The translations under genes were made by a program, and so were the position numbers. Source: Flectonema sp. DT1601 (lineage: Eukaryota). From it: a stretch of DNA of 64,000 nt. The notes beneath the pieces are model-generated. The model had not been told where the DNA came from, did no database searches, and saw nothing but the letters and a program-made list of their open reading frames with translations. This document shows positions 48,889 to 61,029 of this stretch, piece after piece. Every line of letters starts with the position of its first letter. Within the stretch, counting starts at the first letter, position 1. The stretch is taken from NCBI GenBank assembly GCA_964019425.1, contig OZ025781.1:434001-498000 (forward strand), written 5' to 3'.

Positions 48889-51800
48889 ATGAGCATCACC
48901 GAATCGACAAGTATATCGAGTGGTCCTGGTGACACAAATGAAGTTAACCAGCTGTTACGTATCGTTGAACAAGTTGGAGAAGGGGTTGAGAGAGGAGGAG
49001 CGACTTTCGAATTTAAAGTTCAGTTGAAGAAGGAATCGGATCCTCATTATGAAATAAAGACTGTAATTAAATTTAACATCCCAGACAACGGTGACGACAA
49101 TTACCTAAAATCAACCACCGTTGTTAGAGACACTCGACAGATGACGGCGTTTTTAAAACAACTGAGTAGTGAGTTTCCGTTTGGAATGATACCAAATATT
49201 ACATTTTTACCCTCGAGTTCACCTAATTCTAAATCAGTCATCCAACTGTTGTCTATTCTTGTATCTGACGCTTCTATCAGAATGAGTAGTACGTTATGGG
49301 GATTCTTATCTCTTCCTTCACCTGTTATTACTCATCGTTTACGTAGTTCAAAAGTTCTACAAGGTCGTACAGCAAGTAGTGGTTTTATATCACAACTGTC
49401 TTCGTTGTCCAACGAACTGTCGTCAAAATCAAAATCAATGGGAGCACTGAAACAATCACTTATAAAAGTAAGTGGAAAAAGCATTAAGGACATCGCTTCT
49501 CCCCTAAGCACGTTATTCGGAAAGAAAAAAAAATCGTTTGGTGATGGAGCTCAAATTCCAATCGACAATTCTGCCTTGACAGCAAACTTAAAAAGAGCAT
49601 CAGATGAAGAAGCGAGGAGTCTTGCAATGCTTCAGTCAGCTGAATTACAATTTAAGAGCAACTTAGAAAACACGAATACTCTCACAGAATACATTCTCAG
49701 CTCTGCTAGTGTTGGGTGGGAGATGTTTTCAGTTTCGTTTTCTCTGAGAAAACTTTTGAAAATTGCTCTTTGTAAAGGAGGGTACAACACATCACTTGAT
49801 CTGATTTGGAGTTCTGCATTAAAAGCCAAACCTGCCCTCCCTCTCAATGATTCGAATGGGAACAGCAATAGTTCTGTTCTGGTGTTTGATGTGGCTGGTG
49901 GATCAGTTTTATCATTTAATGAGAAAAACAACACTCAACCCAACCGTGTGGCCATAAAGTCTTCTTTTGGTGTTCCACTCAACGGTAAAACATTTCAACG
50001 ACTCCACACTATTGTAAACCCCGCGCCAACACATCGAATTAGGTCAAACCCATCAAGAGATTCTGAGATAAAGTGTGAACTTGATTCAGGTGGTGTGATT
50101 CTTATTGATTCTATTTTTAATTTATCAAATGGTGAGACTTGGGGATACTGTCCAGAACATTCTGGTTGGACTTTAGTAAAAGAAGATGGTGGTTTGGAAT
50201 ACCTCACTGCAACTCAAACAATACCCGATTCTCCAATTGAAGATTCGTTAAAAAACCCATCTCTTTTTAAAGTCATGTCGGGGACAGGAAAAGTTAGAGA
50301 GGTGGCTGCTGTAGAGCAGCGGGGAGAGTTTTTGAAATTTCACTTTTTAGGATTTTCACCATCGCATAACGAGTGGATTCATAAAGAATCCAATAGAATT
50401 GTTTCTAAACTGTCGGAAGACTTTGACGAGTTTTCTACCACCTCGATATCGTACTTTGATGACGTAGGACGTCATCTTATACAACACCAACCACATTGTG
50501 GACTAACCCCATCAAAGTTTGTTGAAATGCAGAGCAATGCTTTACACTCTACTTGTGAGAGATTACACTCTTTGTCAAAGGAACATTTTGATAAAATAGA
50601 ATCCATTCATTCCACTGCTGAAGAGAATGGCTGGATGAGAGGAACGTCAACGACAACTGACCCTGTCGAGGTCGCAGTTAAATTAAATGAAGAAACAGAA
50701 AAAGGTGTTCTCGAATGTTGGGAACAACACGAATCAACAAGACATTCTGTTAGAGAATACTTAGCTGATGTTTGTTGTGATTTTGTACAGTCGCAGTACA
50801 AAGCAAAGTGTCGTGAGGTTGAAATGTTAGAAAACTCTCTCACTCAACTCAACGATCTGATCGATCAAAATGACGATGAGAATACGACTGATGACCTGCT
50901 GTCACTAACAACAAGTTGTTATGATTCATTACCTCCACTTCCACCTGTGACTCCAACACATGTTGTATTCAACTTATCCAATGTTATTAATGTTATAACT
51001 CCTCAATCAATACAAGAATCATGGAGTGACTTCTTATCTCCCCGAAATGCGAGAACTGGAGAAATCGTATCCATCGATGAAAGTGATTTTGAAATTGGAC
51101 TTTTTGGAGATTTGATAAAACCGATTCCTCGATCACCACTGTCAGGTAAGAAATCAGACAGCTCACTTGAGTATCGACCTGGTACTCCACAACAACCGAG
51201 TGTCACTGATAGTGAGCCAAATGATTCTCCGTCAAATAATAATCAAAATAGTCTACGAGACCAACTTCCCAACAAGGAAGTCAGTGGTGAACCTCTTGCT
51301 CCAAAAACAGTTTCAAAACAACAATTGGATATAAAATCAATCAACGCAGATGAGTCTTCTGAAGGAAAGGAAGCAGCTGCCACAAAACAAGTTTCAGAAC
51401 AGCAGTCTGATACTCCGAGTGTTGCAGCTCTCGTAGACAACATGTCGAATACTAAAAAGGAAATATCCAAATCAAAGGAACCGAAACAGAAAACTAAAAA
51501 AACAAACCAAACTCAACCCATCACTGAGACCACTTCAAAGGCTGCTGACAGTCAGCCACCAGTAAAATCAGAGCAATCCAAGTCGAGTGATGCGAGTGTT
51601 GAAAATAGTTCCAAAACATCATCGTCAACGAAGACCAATTCAAAGTCAGCAAGTGAAGGAAAAACTTCGGAAAGTAAAGTAAAAAAGACTTCGAAATCTG
51701 ATCAAAATACGAAATTTACGCCAAGAACTCCAACGACTGAGAAAGCAGCACCAAAACCTGCGAACCCCTCAAAAAAAGAGGAGGTAAAAACTAAAAAAGA

Positions 51801-52101
51801 AATGAAAGATGTCCCACCAGAGAAACCATCTGAGGTGCCCATGCTTTCTAAGATTCCATCAAAGAAGAAAGTCATCAAAAGGAAGCTCGTCACTCCTCGG
51901 GAGGATCTTACTCCACGAACTGATGTAAATAACAACAACACCAACAACCCTAATGAGCTCTTCAATAAGCATCTTTCAGCCAGAATGCAACCTCTTCAGT
52001 TTGATGATTCTCTTATTCAAAAGTCAAGTCCACCTCAGGTTTCTTCTTCTCGTAAACAGACTGCTGGATCGCGTCTGGCTTCAGCATGGGATGACTTGTA
52101 A
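48889..52101 (+). CDS. 1070-aa multidomain protein: PX-like N-terminus, coiled coil, SH3-like and Tudor/chromo-barrel-like segments, low-complexity tail
   Basis: 3.2-kb uninterrupted ORF. Domain guesses from LSSEFPFGMIP...LWGFLS, IRSNPSRDS...GETWG...SGWTL and FHFLGFSPSHNEWI. Confidence 0.85.
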   Translation: MSITESTSISSGPGDTNEVNQLLRIVEQVGEGVERGGATFEFKVQLKKESDPHYEIKTVIKFNIPDNGDDNYLKSTTVVRDTRQMTAFLKQLSSEFPFGMIPNITFLPSSSPNSKSVIQLLSILVSDASIRMSSTLWGFLSLPSPVITHRLRSSKVLQGRTASSGFISQLSSLSNELSSKSKSMGALKQSLIKVSGKSIKDIASPLSTLFGKKKKSFGDGAQIPIDNSALTANLKRASDEEARSLAMLQSAELQFKSNLENTNTLTEYILSSASVGWEMFSVSFSLRKLLKIALCKGGYNTSLDLIWSSALKAKPALPLNDSNGNSNSSVLVFDVAGGSVLSFNEKNNTQPNRVAIKSSFGVPLNGKTFQRLHTIVNPAPTHRIRSNPSRDSEIKCELDSGGVILIDSIFNLSNGETWGYCPEHSGWTLVKEDGGLEYLTATQTIPDSPIEDSLKNPSLFKVMSGTGKVREVAAVEQRGEFLKFHFLGFSPSHNEWIHKESNRIVSKLSEDFDEFSTTSISYFDDVGRHLIQHQPHCGLTPSKFVEMQSNALHSTCERLHSLSKEHFDKIESIHSTAEENGWMRGTSTTTDPVEVAVKLNEETEKGVLECWEQHESTRHSVREYLADVCCDFVQSQYKAKCREVEMLENSLTQLNDLIDQNDDENTTDDLLSLTTSCYDSLPPLPPVTPTHVVFNLSNVINVITPQSIQESWSDFLSPRNARTGEIVSIDESDFEIGLFGDLIKPIPRSPLSGKKSDSSLEYRPGTPQQPSVTDSEPNDSPSNNNQNSLRDQLPNKEVSGEPLAPKTVSKQQLDIKSINADESSEGKEAAATKQVSEQQSDTPSVAALVDNMSNTKKEISKSKEPKQKTKKTNQTQPITETTSKAADSQPPVKSEQSKSSDASVENSSKTSSSTKTNSKSASEGKTSESKVKKTSKSDQNTKFTPRTPTTEKAAPKPANPSKKEEVKTKKEMKDVPPEKPSEVPMLSKIPSKKKVIKRKLVTPREDLTPRTDVNNNNTNNPNELFNKHLSARMQPLQFDDSLIQKSSPPQVSSSRKQTAGSRLASAWDDL

Positions 52102-52584
52102 TTATTAAAAGTTGTTTATTATTGACATCGTTCTGTTTATATCTTTTTTTTTTTTCTTTTTTTTTTTTGATAATAAATATGAGCGGCTGTGTTGATACCG
52201 CCACTCGCATCTTTTTTTTTTTGTTCCTTTCCTTTTTTTCAGTTACTGTTTTCTGTCTCACTTAAAAAAAAAAAAAAAAAAAAAACCCCATTGTTCCAAC
52301 GAGTGTGACATTCTATCTTTTATTGTTTTATTACTATTCATACCTGTACCTCCCCTTAAAGGGGGGGTCCAGATATGGTTATTATTATAATTATTGATAC
52401 AAGAAGGGAAAGGACACTGTTGTTCTTGGTATATTTGACCTTTTTTTAGTATAAACTTTTTTTTTTTCCCTGTTTTTACGCAAATTTGGTGATTATTCCC
52501 GCGTGTTTTTTTAGTACTGTGAGTAGATAGCTTTATTTTGTTACGATTATATTAACATGACTCGTTTATTTTATTATTATTATT

Positions 52585-53315
52585 CATAGATGGAAATGCC
52601 CTACAATTTGGAGGGCGTGTAGGGCGCTTGTAGGGCGCTTTTAATATAAATATTATTTTGGAGGGCGCTTTTTTTTACCTTTTTTATTACTATAAGACAG
52701 CTAAATTGACGTCGACTTACACTGACGCACAAGTATTTTGACGCAGAAGCCAAAAAAATCTTTTGACATGCTTGGCAGTCTTTCGAAAAAGAGAAAAAAG
52801 GGTGTCACGGGGTTCGAACCTGAGACCTCCAGGTCGTCATGGTTCGGAGGTCAACAATGGCAAAAACAATGGGCCACTCCTTGAGAGCTTCCGGAGCCTG
52901 CTGCAATCCCTGAAGCTGAAACTCATTTCAGTGGACGATGCATCCCAGATCTACAAGGAGCTGATAAGCCCGCAGAATGCACCGAGTCGAATATAGAGGG
53001 ATTCAAGGAGGGAGAGTGCGTTCTTGCTAACCTGTTAATAGGCCGGTCTTCACGGTACCTTGTGAGAAAAAAAAGAAGTTTACTGGTGGCAAGTAAACTG
53101 ATATCCCAGAGACGCATTTGATCGGGCGAACCGGAGAAAAGTCAAATAAGATGCGATTCGACCCTCGCTGAGGGCAGGGATGTGTCAAAATGAGCTCGGC
53201 ATTATATTAAATTTAATTAAAAAAGCGCCCTCCAGCGCCCTATTTTGGCCCTACAAATTTTTGTGGCTGATTTTCACCAGGCGCCCTCCAAATTTGGAGG
53301 GCACTTCCATCTATG
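52585..53315. mobile_element. Non-autonomous TIR element (731 bp) in an (ATT)n tract
   Basis: ~33-bp TIRs CATAGATGGAA(A/G)TGCCCT...TTTGGAGGGCG. Subterminal AGGGCG repeats. ATTATTATT on both sides, though TSD length is ambiguous in the microsatellite. Confidence 0.88.
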
Positions 53316-53984
53316 ATTATTATTATTTTTTTTCGTTGCATTTTTAACGTTTAAGTATTGTAAGAGCTAAAATAATAATGTTGGCAGCACACGTAAAACC
53401 TTCTTTTAACTTTTATCAGTTTTTTAAGTCGGTTCACGGGTTTCACAAAACAAAACAAAAAAAAACATCAACTAAGTGTTATATTACTGTTTTCTGTATA
53501 GTTTAAGATAAAAGCCAATTATTTATTTATTTATTTATTTTTTTTTGCACCGACGAAGTCGGTGCAAAAAACCATTTCAGAAGAAGTCATTTTCGTATCC
53601 ACAGATTTATTTTGGGAAACCTAACCAAACAGCTGCAAAAGGCTGAGTGATGCTCTTAGTCAAAAGCAACCTTTGGTGGGGCGGGTGGAAGGAGAGTATT
53701 AGTAAAGAAAGTGTCAATTCCCATCACATATTTGCCTTAGGTACTGACATTGCTTTTTTGGTCAGCTGTCTCATAAATTACTAAAAATGTTTATATCATT
53801 GTAGGTAATGTTCAGAAAACAGTTAACGACCTTTCTCCCTCATTCTACTCAGATAGATCCTTTTGTATCGTATTAAGTCCCCTCCCTTCTGATGTGTTAG
53901 TTTTTACTTTCTTGTGGTTATTTAAAAAAAAAAAAAACTAATCAACTCATTATTGTATTGAAAATAAATACAAAATAAAAATAA

Positions 53985-54303
53985 GAGATTTTCGCTATTG
54001 GGGTGCCTGATAATGTCATTTTCGCTATTCACTAAAAGCAGTAACTTTTTTTTCGCTGTTCACTAGAAGTGATAATTTTTTTTCGCCGTTCAGTAAAAGA
54101 AAAATTTTTTTTTCGCTGTTCACTACAAGTTACAAATTTTTTTTCGCTATTCGCTAGAAGTTGAAATTTTTTTTTCGCTATTCACTACAAGTTATAAATT
54201 TTTTTTCGCTATTCACTAGAAGTTGAAATTTTTTTTTCGCTGTTCACTACAAGTTACAACTTTTTCCACTGCCAAAAAAAATTTTTTTTTCCCTTTTTTT
54301 TTT

Positions 54304-54337
<34 letters not shown>

Positions 54338-56343
54338 CTTTTTCTTCTTTGCTGGGAACATGCTGGTACCTTGAACAATTTTTTTTGTCACTTGGACAAA
54401 AGCTTTGTGCCGTTTTACTTTCTATTCAGCACACACATCTGTGGATTTATGATAATGGATTGATTGAAAGCCAATAACACAAACGGTCAAAGATGTGATG
54501 ACTTGGGAAATGATAAAAGTAATCTTTCTGGAACTTCTGCTCAGTACATGCAAATGCATCTTGACACGCGGGAACCCTTCGGGCAGTACTGCGCTCTTGA
54601 TAATTCAAAGTAGCCTTAAAAAAGCTCTCATGCCTGCATGAGTTAGATACCCTGATAACCCGGTCAGAAACAGGAGTGTCGCTTGCGACCAGGCTGTCTG
54701 TAACTCGCAGGTGTCTTGACTTTGAAATTCGGTTGGAATGACGTGTAAGAGGACAACAGTTCTCTGTAAGGTGACCCAGCCCTGCACACATACCGTTCTT
54801 TGCATGCACTCAGTAAATTTTTCAGAGGCTGAGCACACTATCAGGACCTGACGAACAACCCAACCTTTCCGTGAGTACTTGTCTTTGCTAATCTCGTCAA
54901 GCCAGATGAACATCATACAAACGTTATCTCAACATCCGTGTGCGGGTGTTATCTTCCTCATCTCGGTTTAGCCCTGCACCATCTGCGGATTCTCGAAGGA
55001 AACTGGTCGGCTACGATGCTTCGTTCGGTAAAACGTACAAGTTCCTAATCATAAACGTTTTTCTTTCTCTCTAGGCTTTTACTCTTTTACTACGAACTCT
55101 TATTCTCAATCTCTAAGATGCCCGGAAACATAGTTGAAACTCAACCTGCTGCCACTGAAACTCAGCCTGCCTCAGCTTTGGCTGACAAAGACCTAGTATT
55201 GAGGGAACCTTTCAATCCTTTGATGCACTTCGCGCGAGGGTAACCCTCGCTTCTTGTTCTTCGGGAAGGGGGTTTAAGACAAGCCACGTAGTGGGGAAAA
55301 GGGTGAACATTCACCTGCACAAACGCATGTGGGTGGAAAGTATGTGCCACAGCAACAGACGAAGGTTGCTACCACATAACGCGTGTGGTTCTCCGGCACG
55401 ACAGCACGTGTGCTGCTGGAGAAAGCAGCTCCTACGGTATGAAGAATACTGTCTCATACCTTGCTGCTGAAAAGTGTAGGTATGCCTGCCTGCCTCATAA
55501 TTGTATTCTGGTTGGTTACTATTAGTTTTTGCCACAACACTAAACATAGGTCTCTAGGAGAGAAATACACCGCGGCGTGTTTAATCGCAGACATGAAGGA
55601 GAAGGGGGTCGTGATAAAGAAGGACACCGCCTATCGCGCGCTGCAGAAGGCGGATAGGGAGATCAACGGGGATCCCCACGACGGGTACAAATTCTTAGAG
55701 TCGTGGTGCCGCGCAGCGGAGGTGGCAAACCCTGGGACTAAGTGGCACATTGCGGACAAGGACGGACGATTTTGTCATTTGTTCCTCGCCCTTTCGCAAA
55801 ACATTGTCCCCAAGGTTTTGGGATGACCGATGGGTGCTCCCTGAAAGGGTACTATGTCGGGAACTTTCTAACGTTGTTGGGCATGGATGCTTCTGGGCGA
55901 GAGTTCCCAGTTGCCTTTGCCATCACAGGAAACGAGAGCAAAAAAACCTGGGGATGGTTTTTTGACAAGTGTAGCAGCACGCTTGGTGAAGATTTTTTCG
56001 ACGGGTATGCACTGATGTCAGACCAGCAGAAAGGCCTCGACACAGCGATGAAAAAGTCGTTCCAACCTGGCGGAGAGCTTTAACGCCTCCTTATTTTTTT
56101 CCATTTATTCACAGATTTGTATGAAAATGTTCAAGGATATTTTGGTGGCAAAAAAAGTGTCAATTTTTTTTTCATGAACAGCGAAAAATTTTTTTTTTTT
56201 GTTACTGAATGGAGAAAAAAAATTATCACATTCAGTGAATAGCGAAAAAAAATTATCACATTCAGTGAACAGCGAAAAAAAAAAAAATTCTTTTACTGAA
56301 TAGCGAAAATGGAATTATTGGACCCCCCAATAGCGAAAATCTC
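53985..56343 (+). mobile_element. Mutator-like element (MULE), internally deleted, 2359 bp
   Basis: Exact 9-bp TSD TAAAAATAA (53976-53984, 56344-56352). TIR GAGATTTTCGCTATTGGGG followed by ~31-bp TTTTCGCTRTTCA tandem repeats at both ends. Confidence 0.93.
55300..56083 (+). pseudogene. Truncated MuDRA-type transposase
   Basis: CGWKV, AYRA...GYKFLESWC...ANPGT, DGCSLKGYY...GMDASGREFPVAFAITGNESKKTWGWFF, MSDQQKGL. Frameshifted and ends after the second catalytic Asp region. Confidence 0.9.
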
Positions 56344-57005
56344 TAAAAATAAAAATGAACTTCTTCCTTTATAACCATCATGTGTTGTTTGAAGCAGCAG
56401 TAAGCAATTTATTCTCCCGCGTGTTGTGGCGTCCCTTTTTTTTTTTTTTTTTTTTTTTGGTTTCCTGATACGGCTTTTTTTCGGGAAGGTCGATCCCGAT
56501 AACTTTTGGTGGGATTCGATGAGCGACCACATGTTGACATCTGAAGTCAACTACCCATCGCTTTATTTACTTATCTGTCCTTAGTTACATAAAGGCTATC
56601 AATTTAACAGGTGGTTCCCAAAAGACAACTATACCACGCCTGTTGCTGTTTTACTCCCTTCTTATATCATATCGTTCTGTTTTTTTTTTAAATCCTACAT
56701 ACCAATATAGGTGTTGGCGACGAAAGACACCGAAGTTTCCCTCAAAAATTGTTGTTTGTTATGCTTATGACAGTGTCAGATGTCTAGATTTCATTTTTTT
56801 TTTTTTAAAATTCTGTTCAGCTTTTGGTTTTGTTCATTCGTCACTAAGCTATACTTGATTTAGTTAAACTGGTAAAAGGTGACTACTCTCTTTTTTTTTT
56901 TTTTCAATGCTTGTTCTATGCGTTATAGCAAAAACCCGAGTCCTTTGTGTAGCTCTTCTGTCAGTCGCTTATTTATTTATTATTATTCTTTTTTTAAAAC
57001 AAAAT

Positions 57006-57041
<36 letters not shown>

Positions 57042-57333
57042 TTAGCAAGAAGCAGACAGATGTTTCTGGCTGCTCTGCACATTACATCTTCAACCTCCTT
57101 TTTTTTTAAAGGGTGCGATTCTTATTGAGGAAATCTTTTTTTTTATTTAATTTTTTTTTATAAATACCTACAAACCCATTGTTCGGTAGAAAGAGAATCT
57201 TGGCATCGTAGCCAAACCTATTCCTTTATTAGGATTTTGTATCTGGTTGCGCGCAAACAAAACAACAGTGTGAGTAAAAAAATTAAAAAAGTGATGTTTG
57301 CTGATTCCTTTTTTTTTTTTTTTTTTTTTTTAA

Positions 57334-59071
57334 CCCATTAAGGACGGGGGGTCCACTACAGTGGTTATTTTGAAATTTTATTTTCGCTAAGGGGAAAACC
57401 CGGCTAACGCTACCCAGGGGGGGTGTAATCGAGGCCGTTTCGCGACGAATCTTGGGTGGGATGGCGTGGTTCGCTGTGTTTTCATTCATGAAATTCAAAA
57501 CTAATAATCGAAATTTTACCACCTAACAAGAAGTTTCGTGTGCCTGTTGAAATTGATACAAGTTCGGCGTCCTATGAAAGTCTGATGATGATGGATTCTG
57601 TATCGGAGTCGTCATCTGACAGCAACACAGCAAAGGTATCAAAGTGGGGGGGCAAAACCAAGAGAATCTCCAGGGAAAAACGGAAAGGACCTACCCAGAG
57701 TGTGAGCGACTTTAATGAAATGAGCGAATTGAAGGCATCCAACTCATTTTCACTGATCATGTGCTTAAAATGATATTTCGACACACTCTTGCCTACCCGA
57801 TTGACAAAGAGACGTCCATGAAGTCACTAGAAGTTGGTGAACTGAAATGCTTTCTCCGTAATTTCCACACTGCTAACAAACACATTCCTGCTTCTTATGT
57901 TCATAGTCTTGTTAAACCCCATAATAATAAAGGGCATTGGGTGACGTTTGACAATTTCAATTCGTCATACGCATTTCTTGTTTTGATGTTAGCGAAAGGG
58001 TTCCACTGTGTTGGAACAGCCTGATGGAACGGAAAGGGAGTTCTGTTGATGTTACAAAACCGAAGGCTACCCCTGGACCGGGACGACTAAGCAAATCGGA
58101 AGTGAAAGAAAGACCGAAGAATCTTTCTGCTTCTTACCTTCAGTCAAGCACGGCATCCACCATATAAAGTGGAGAGACTCAAAGGATGTGCATCTTTTCA
58201 GTACTCTTCCCTTACGTGAGCACTGTGTCGATGTATATCGCTGGATTAGGAAGAGAAATAAAAAAGAAAAAGTGCCGATCAAACTACCGTGCAAGTAGAC
58301 AGGTACACCAAAACGATGGGAGGTGTTAACCTGATGGATAGCGTGAAGGGAAGGGCGAACAGAAACCTTCAAACTAAACGATGGCATCTAAAGGTTTTCG
58401 ACTACTTGCTGAAAGTTTCAATGTTCAACACGTTTACCCTTCAAAAGAAATGCGGTAAGGATACTGGTACCTACATACGGTATGTAGAGGAGCTCGCTAT
58501 GCAACTCGTCAGTGACGGGACGTCGAGAGACAAGACAACCAATACTACATCTACTATTGACTCGGGTTCGCACTTTTCACACATGTTCAGCACCACTGAG
58601 CACTATCCATCAATATTTGGCGCTGCTAAACAATGTAAGTATCACAATACTCGAGTGAGGACTACTTATGGATGCCAGGGGTGTAAGGTTTTTATGTGCC
58701 CTGCACCCTGTTTTGGCAAATACCACTTAAATCTTACAAAGGGGAGAACATTTGCGTCCCATACCACCACCTCTGTGTCGGGAGGTGCTATCCGGGAAGA
58801 ATGTACGAAGGGGAAGACCCCTGCACTCACAACAACATCAAAATTGAAGAGGCGCAGGGAGTCATAAGAACTGAGCTTATTTTTGTCTTTGGTGGTGTTT
58901 TCATTTGTTCTGTTCACCCTTTAGGTGGTGAATGTGTGTGTATTTTTAACGGGCAGGCAATGGCGGTTCACTTTGTCACATCACCTTTCCGAGCCCCCCT
59001 ACCCCTTTTCCCCGTTAGCTCTTTTTTCAAAAAAAGTCAAAAAACCGGGTTTTACCCCCGTCCGTAATGGG
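57334..59071 (+). mobile_element. piggyBac-family DNA transposon, defective copy 2 (1738 bp)
   Basis: TTAA at 57330-57333 and 59072-59075. Same TIRs and length as 402-2139. Confidence 0.95.
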
Positions 59072-59757
59072 TTAAAGAAAATTATTATTTCTTTTTCTCA
59101 TTGTGAGAATATTGAGCTAATATCTCTAACACTGTCTGCTCGCGTGGACGGTGGGTTTAGGTAGTCATTTGTTCCAGGTTATTCTACGTCTCTTATAGTC
59201 TGTGAGAGTCTCACGGTTGCTGATAGCGATATAACTGTTACTCTGTGAGATTTTCCTGGCTTTTTGGCTTCCTAGACTTCGTAAATAAATAAATAAATAA
59301 ATAAAATATTTTAAATTGTATAGTTCTACTTGAAGGTGTTTTTTTTTTTTTTTTTTCCCAAAGAAAAAATTTTTAATGACCCTTCCGACTAACAAAAAAA
59401 AAAAAAAAAAAAAAAAATACTGAATGCTGAACTAAGCAAAGGCTTCCGTTAAAAAAATAAAAAAAAAAAATAAAAAAGGAAAGTGAAGAAGGAATAAAAA
59501 GAAAAAGAAAAAAGGGAAATACCGAAAGACCAGCACCTCGGTTATAATACGTTTCGTTTGTTTTTATTGATTGTAAGTTTGATTGGAGTCATTTTGTTCA
59601 TTTTATTATTTCTTTAGATGGTTTTAAGTCAACACACAGCACACACACATTATAACATAAATAATACGAACCGGCTACCATTCTAAAGTGAAGTTTAATC
59701 ATCTTGTCTTAACTTTATCCCCTCCACGCAGTATAATATAAATAATTAATATAAACA

Positions 59758-61029
59758 GTGAAGTCTAAACCCGCTTTAGAAAACCCGACGAGGGTTGTGA
59801 CCTCACCATGTGGGAGGTACGTAAGAAAGCAATTTATTGGAAAGGGAGCGTTCAAGACGGTTTATAAGGGATTTGATGAAGAAGAAAGTCTTGAAGTTGC
59901 CTGGTATGAAACTGAAAACGGAAACATGAAAGAAGCAATGCTAATGGACAGCCTGCGACATCCGAATATTATTTCAGTTTTTGCAGTATGGCCGGTACCG
60001 ACTGGAACTGTTTTCATTTCTGAACTACTGTCAAGTGGAAGTATCAGAACGTATATTAAAAGTTTGAGAGACGGAAAAGTATCCGGCAATGCCCTGACCA
60101 ATTGGGGAAACCAAATCCTTCTTGGGTTACAATACTTACACGAGAACGATGTAATTCACAGAGATTTAAAGTGTGACAATATATTTGTTAACGGTCATAA
60201 AGGTGAAGTAAAAATAGGTGATTTCGGTCTCAGCTGTGCTTCCTCTGGTGGTAAGTTGAGATCGGTCATCGGGACACCTGAATTTATGGCACCTGAGATT
60301 TATGACGAAAACTACACTAATAAAGTAGACGTGTACGCCTTTGGGATGTGTTTGTTAGAAATGGTTACTGGGGCTCTTCCGTATGCTGAATGTGAAAATT
60401 GCGGACAAGTTTTTAAAAAAGTAACCGAAGGAAGGCTTCCCAACTCGTTAGTATCGATGGAAGAGTCTCCTGTAAAAGATGTTATCAGTCTTTGTATTAA
60501 TCCTGTTTTGGATAGACCTTCGTGTGATGATTTATTGGCTCATCCGTACTTCGCAAATAGGGAAACCGGAGATAACAAACTTGTCATTCATGAAGAGAAA
60601 CCAGCCGCCATTAAAACATCTCGTTTAATAGGAATATCTGAGAAACTTGATCGGGATTGTGAAAAACTATTTCAAGAATACATCACTAGCACTCAAGCTC
60701 CTGACGACTTACCAACCCCTGCTGTACAAGCAACAGAAGAACATAAAAATGATCAAGTTCATATGGACAAGTTACAGGAGTTGAGCGAATGTTCAGACAG
60801 AGATTATACTAAAAAGGTTTGTTTTTTGTTTATCTGGTTGTTTTTTTTTGATTGTTGAAAAATATTTTTTTAAAAAATAAATAAATAACAGCTGTCATCA
60901 CTCCGTTCTAAACATGTTAAGATTCTACAAAAAGTTAATGAATTTATGAACAACACGGAAGTGTTCGACAAATTAGATTCAAAAGTAAACGAAACAGCTG
61001 AAAACGAAGGGTTCCGTAGCTATCAATAA
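59758..61029 (+). CDS. WNK: WNK-family Ser/Thr protein kinase (intron 60817-60891; true start probably on a small upstream exon)
   Basis: GKGAFKTVYKG with the subdomain-I Lys, EVAWYE lacking the subdomain-II Lys, IHRDLKCDNIFVNGHKGEVKIGDFGL, SVIGTPEFMAPE. A GT...AACAG intron gives an open last exon to TAA at 61027-61029. Confidence 0.93.

Noticed and set aside
53547..53566. Similarity of the hairpin to the Cas9 tracrRNA terminal stem GCACCGAGTCGGTGC
   Set aside because: Short coincidental match with no other tracrRNA or CRISPR features.
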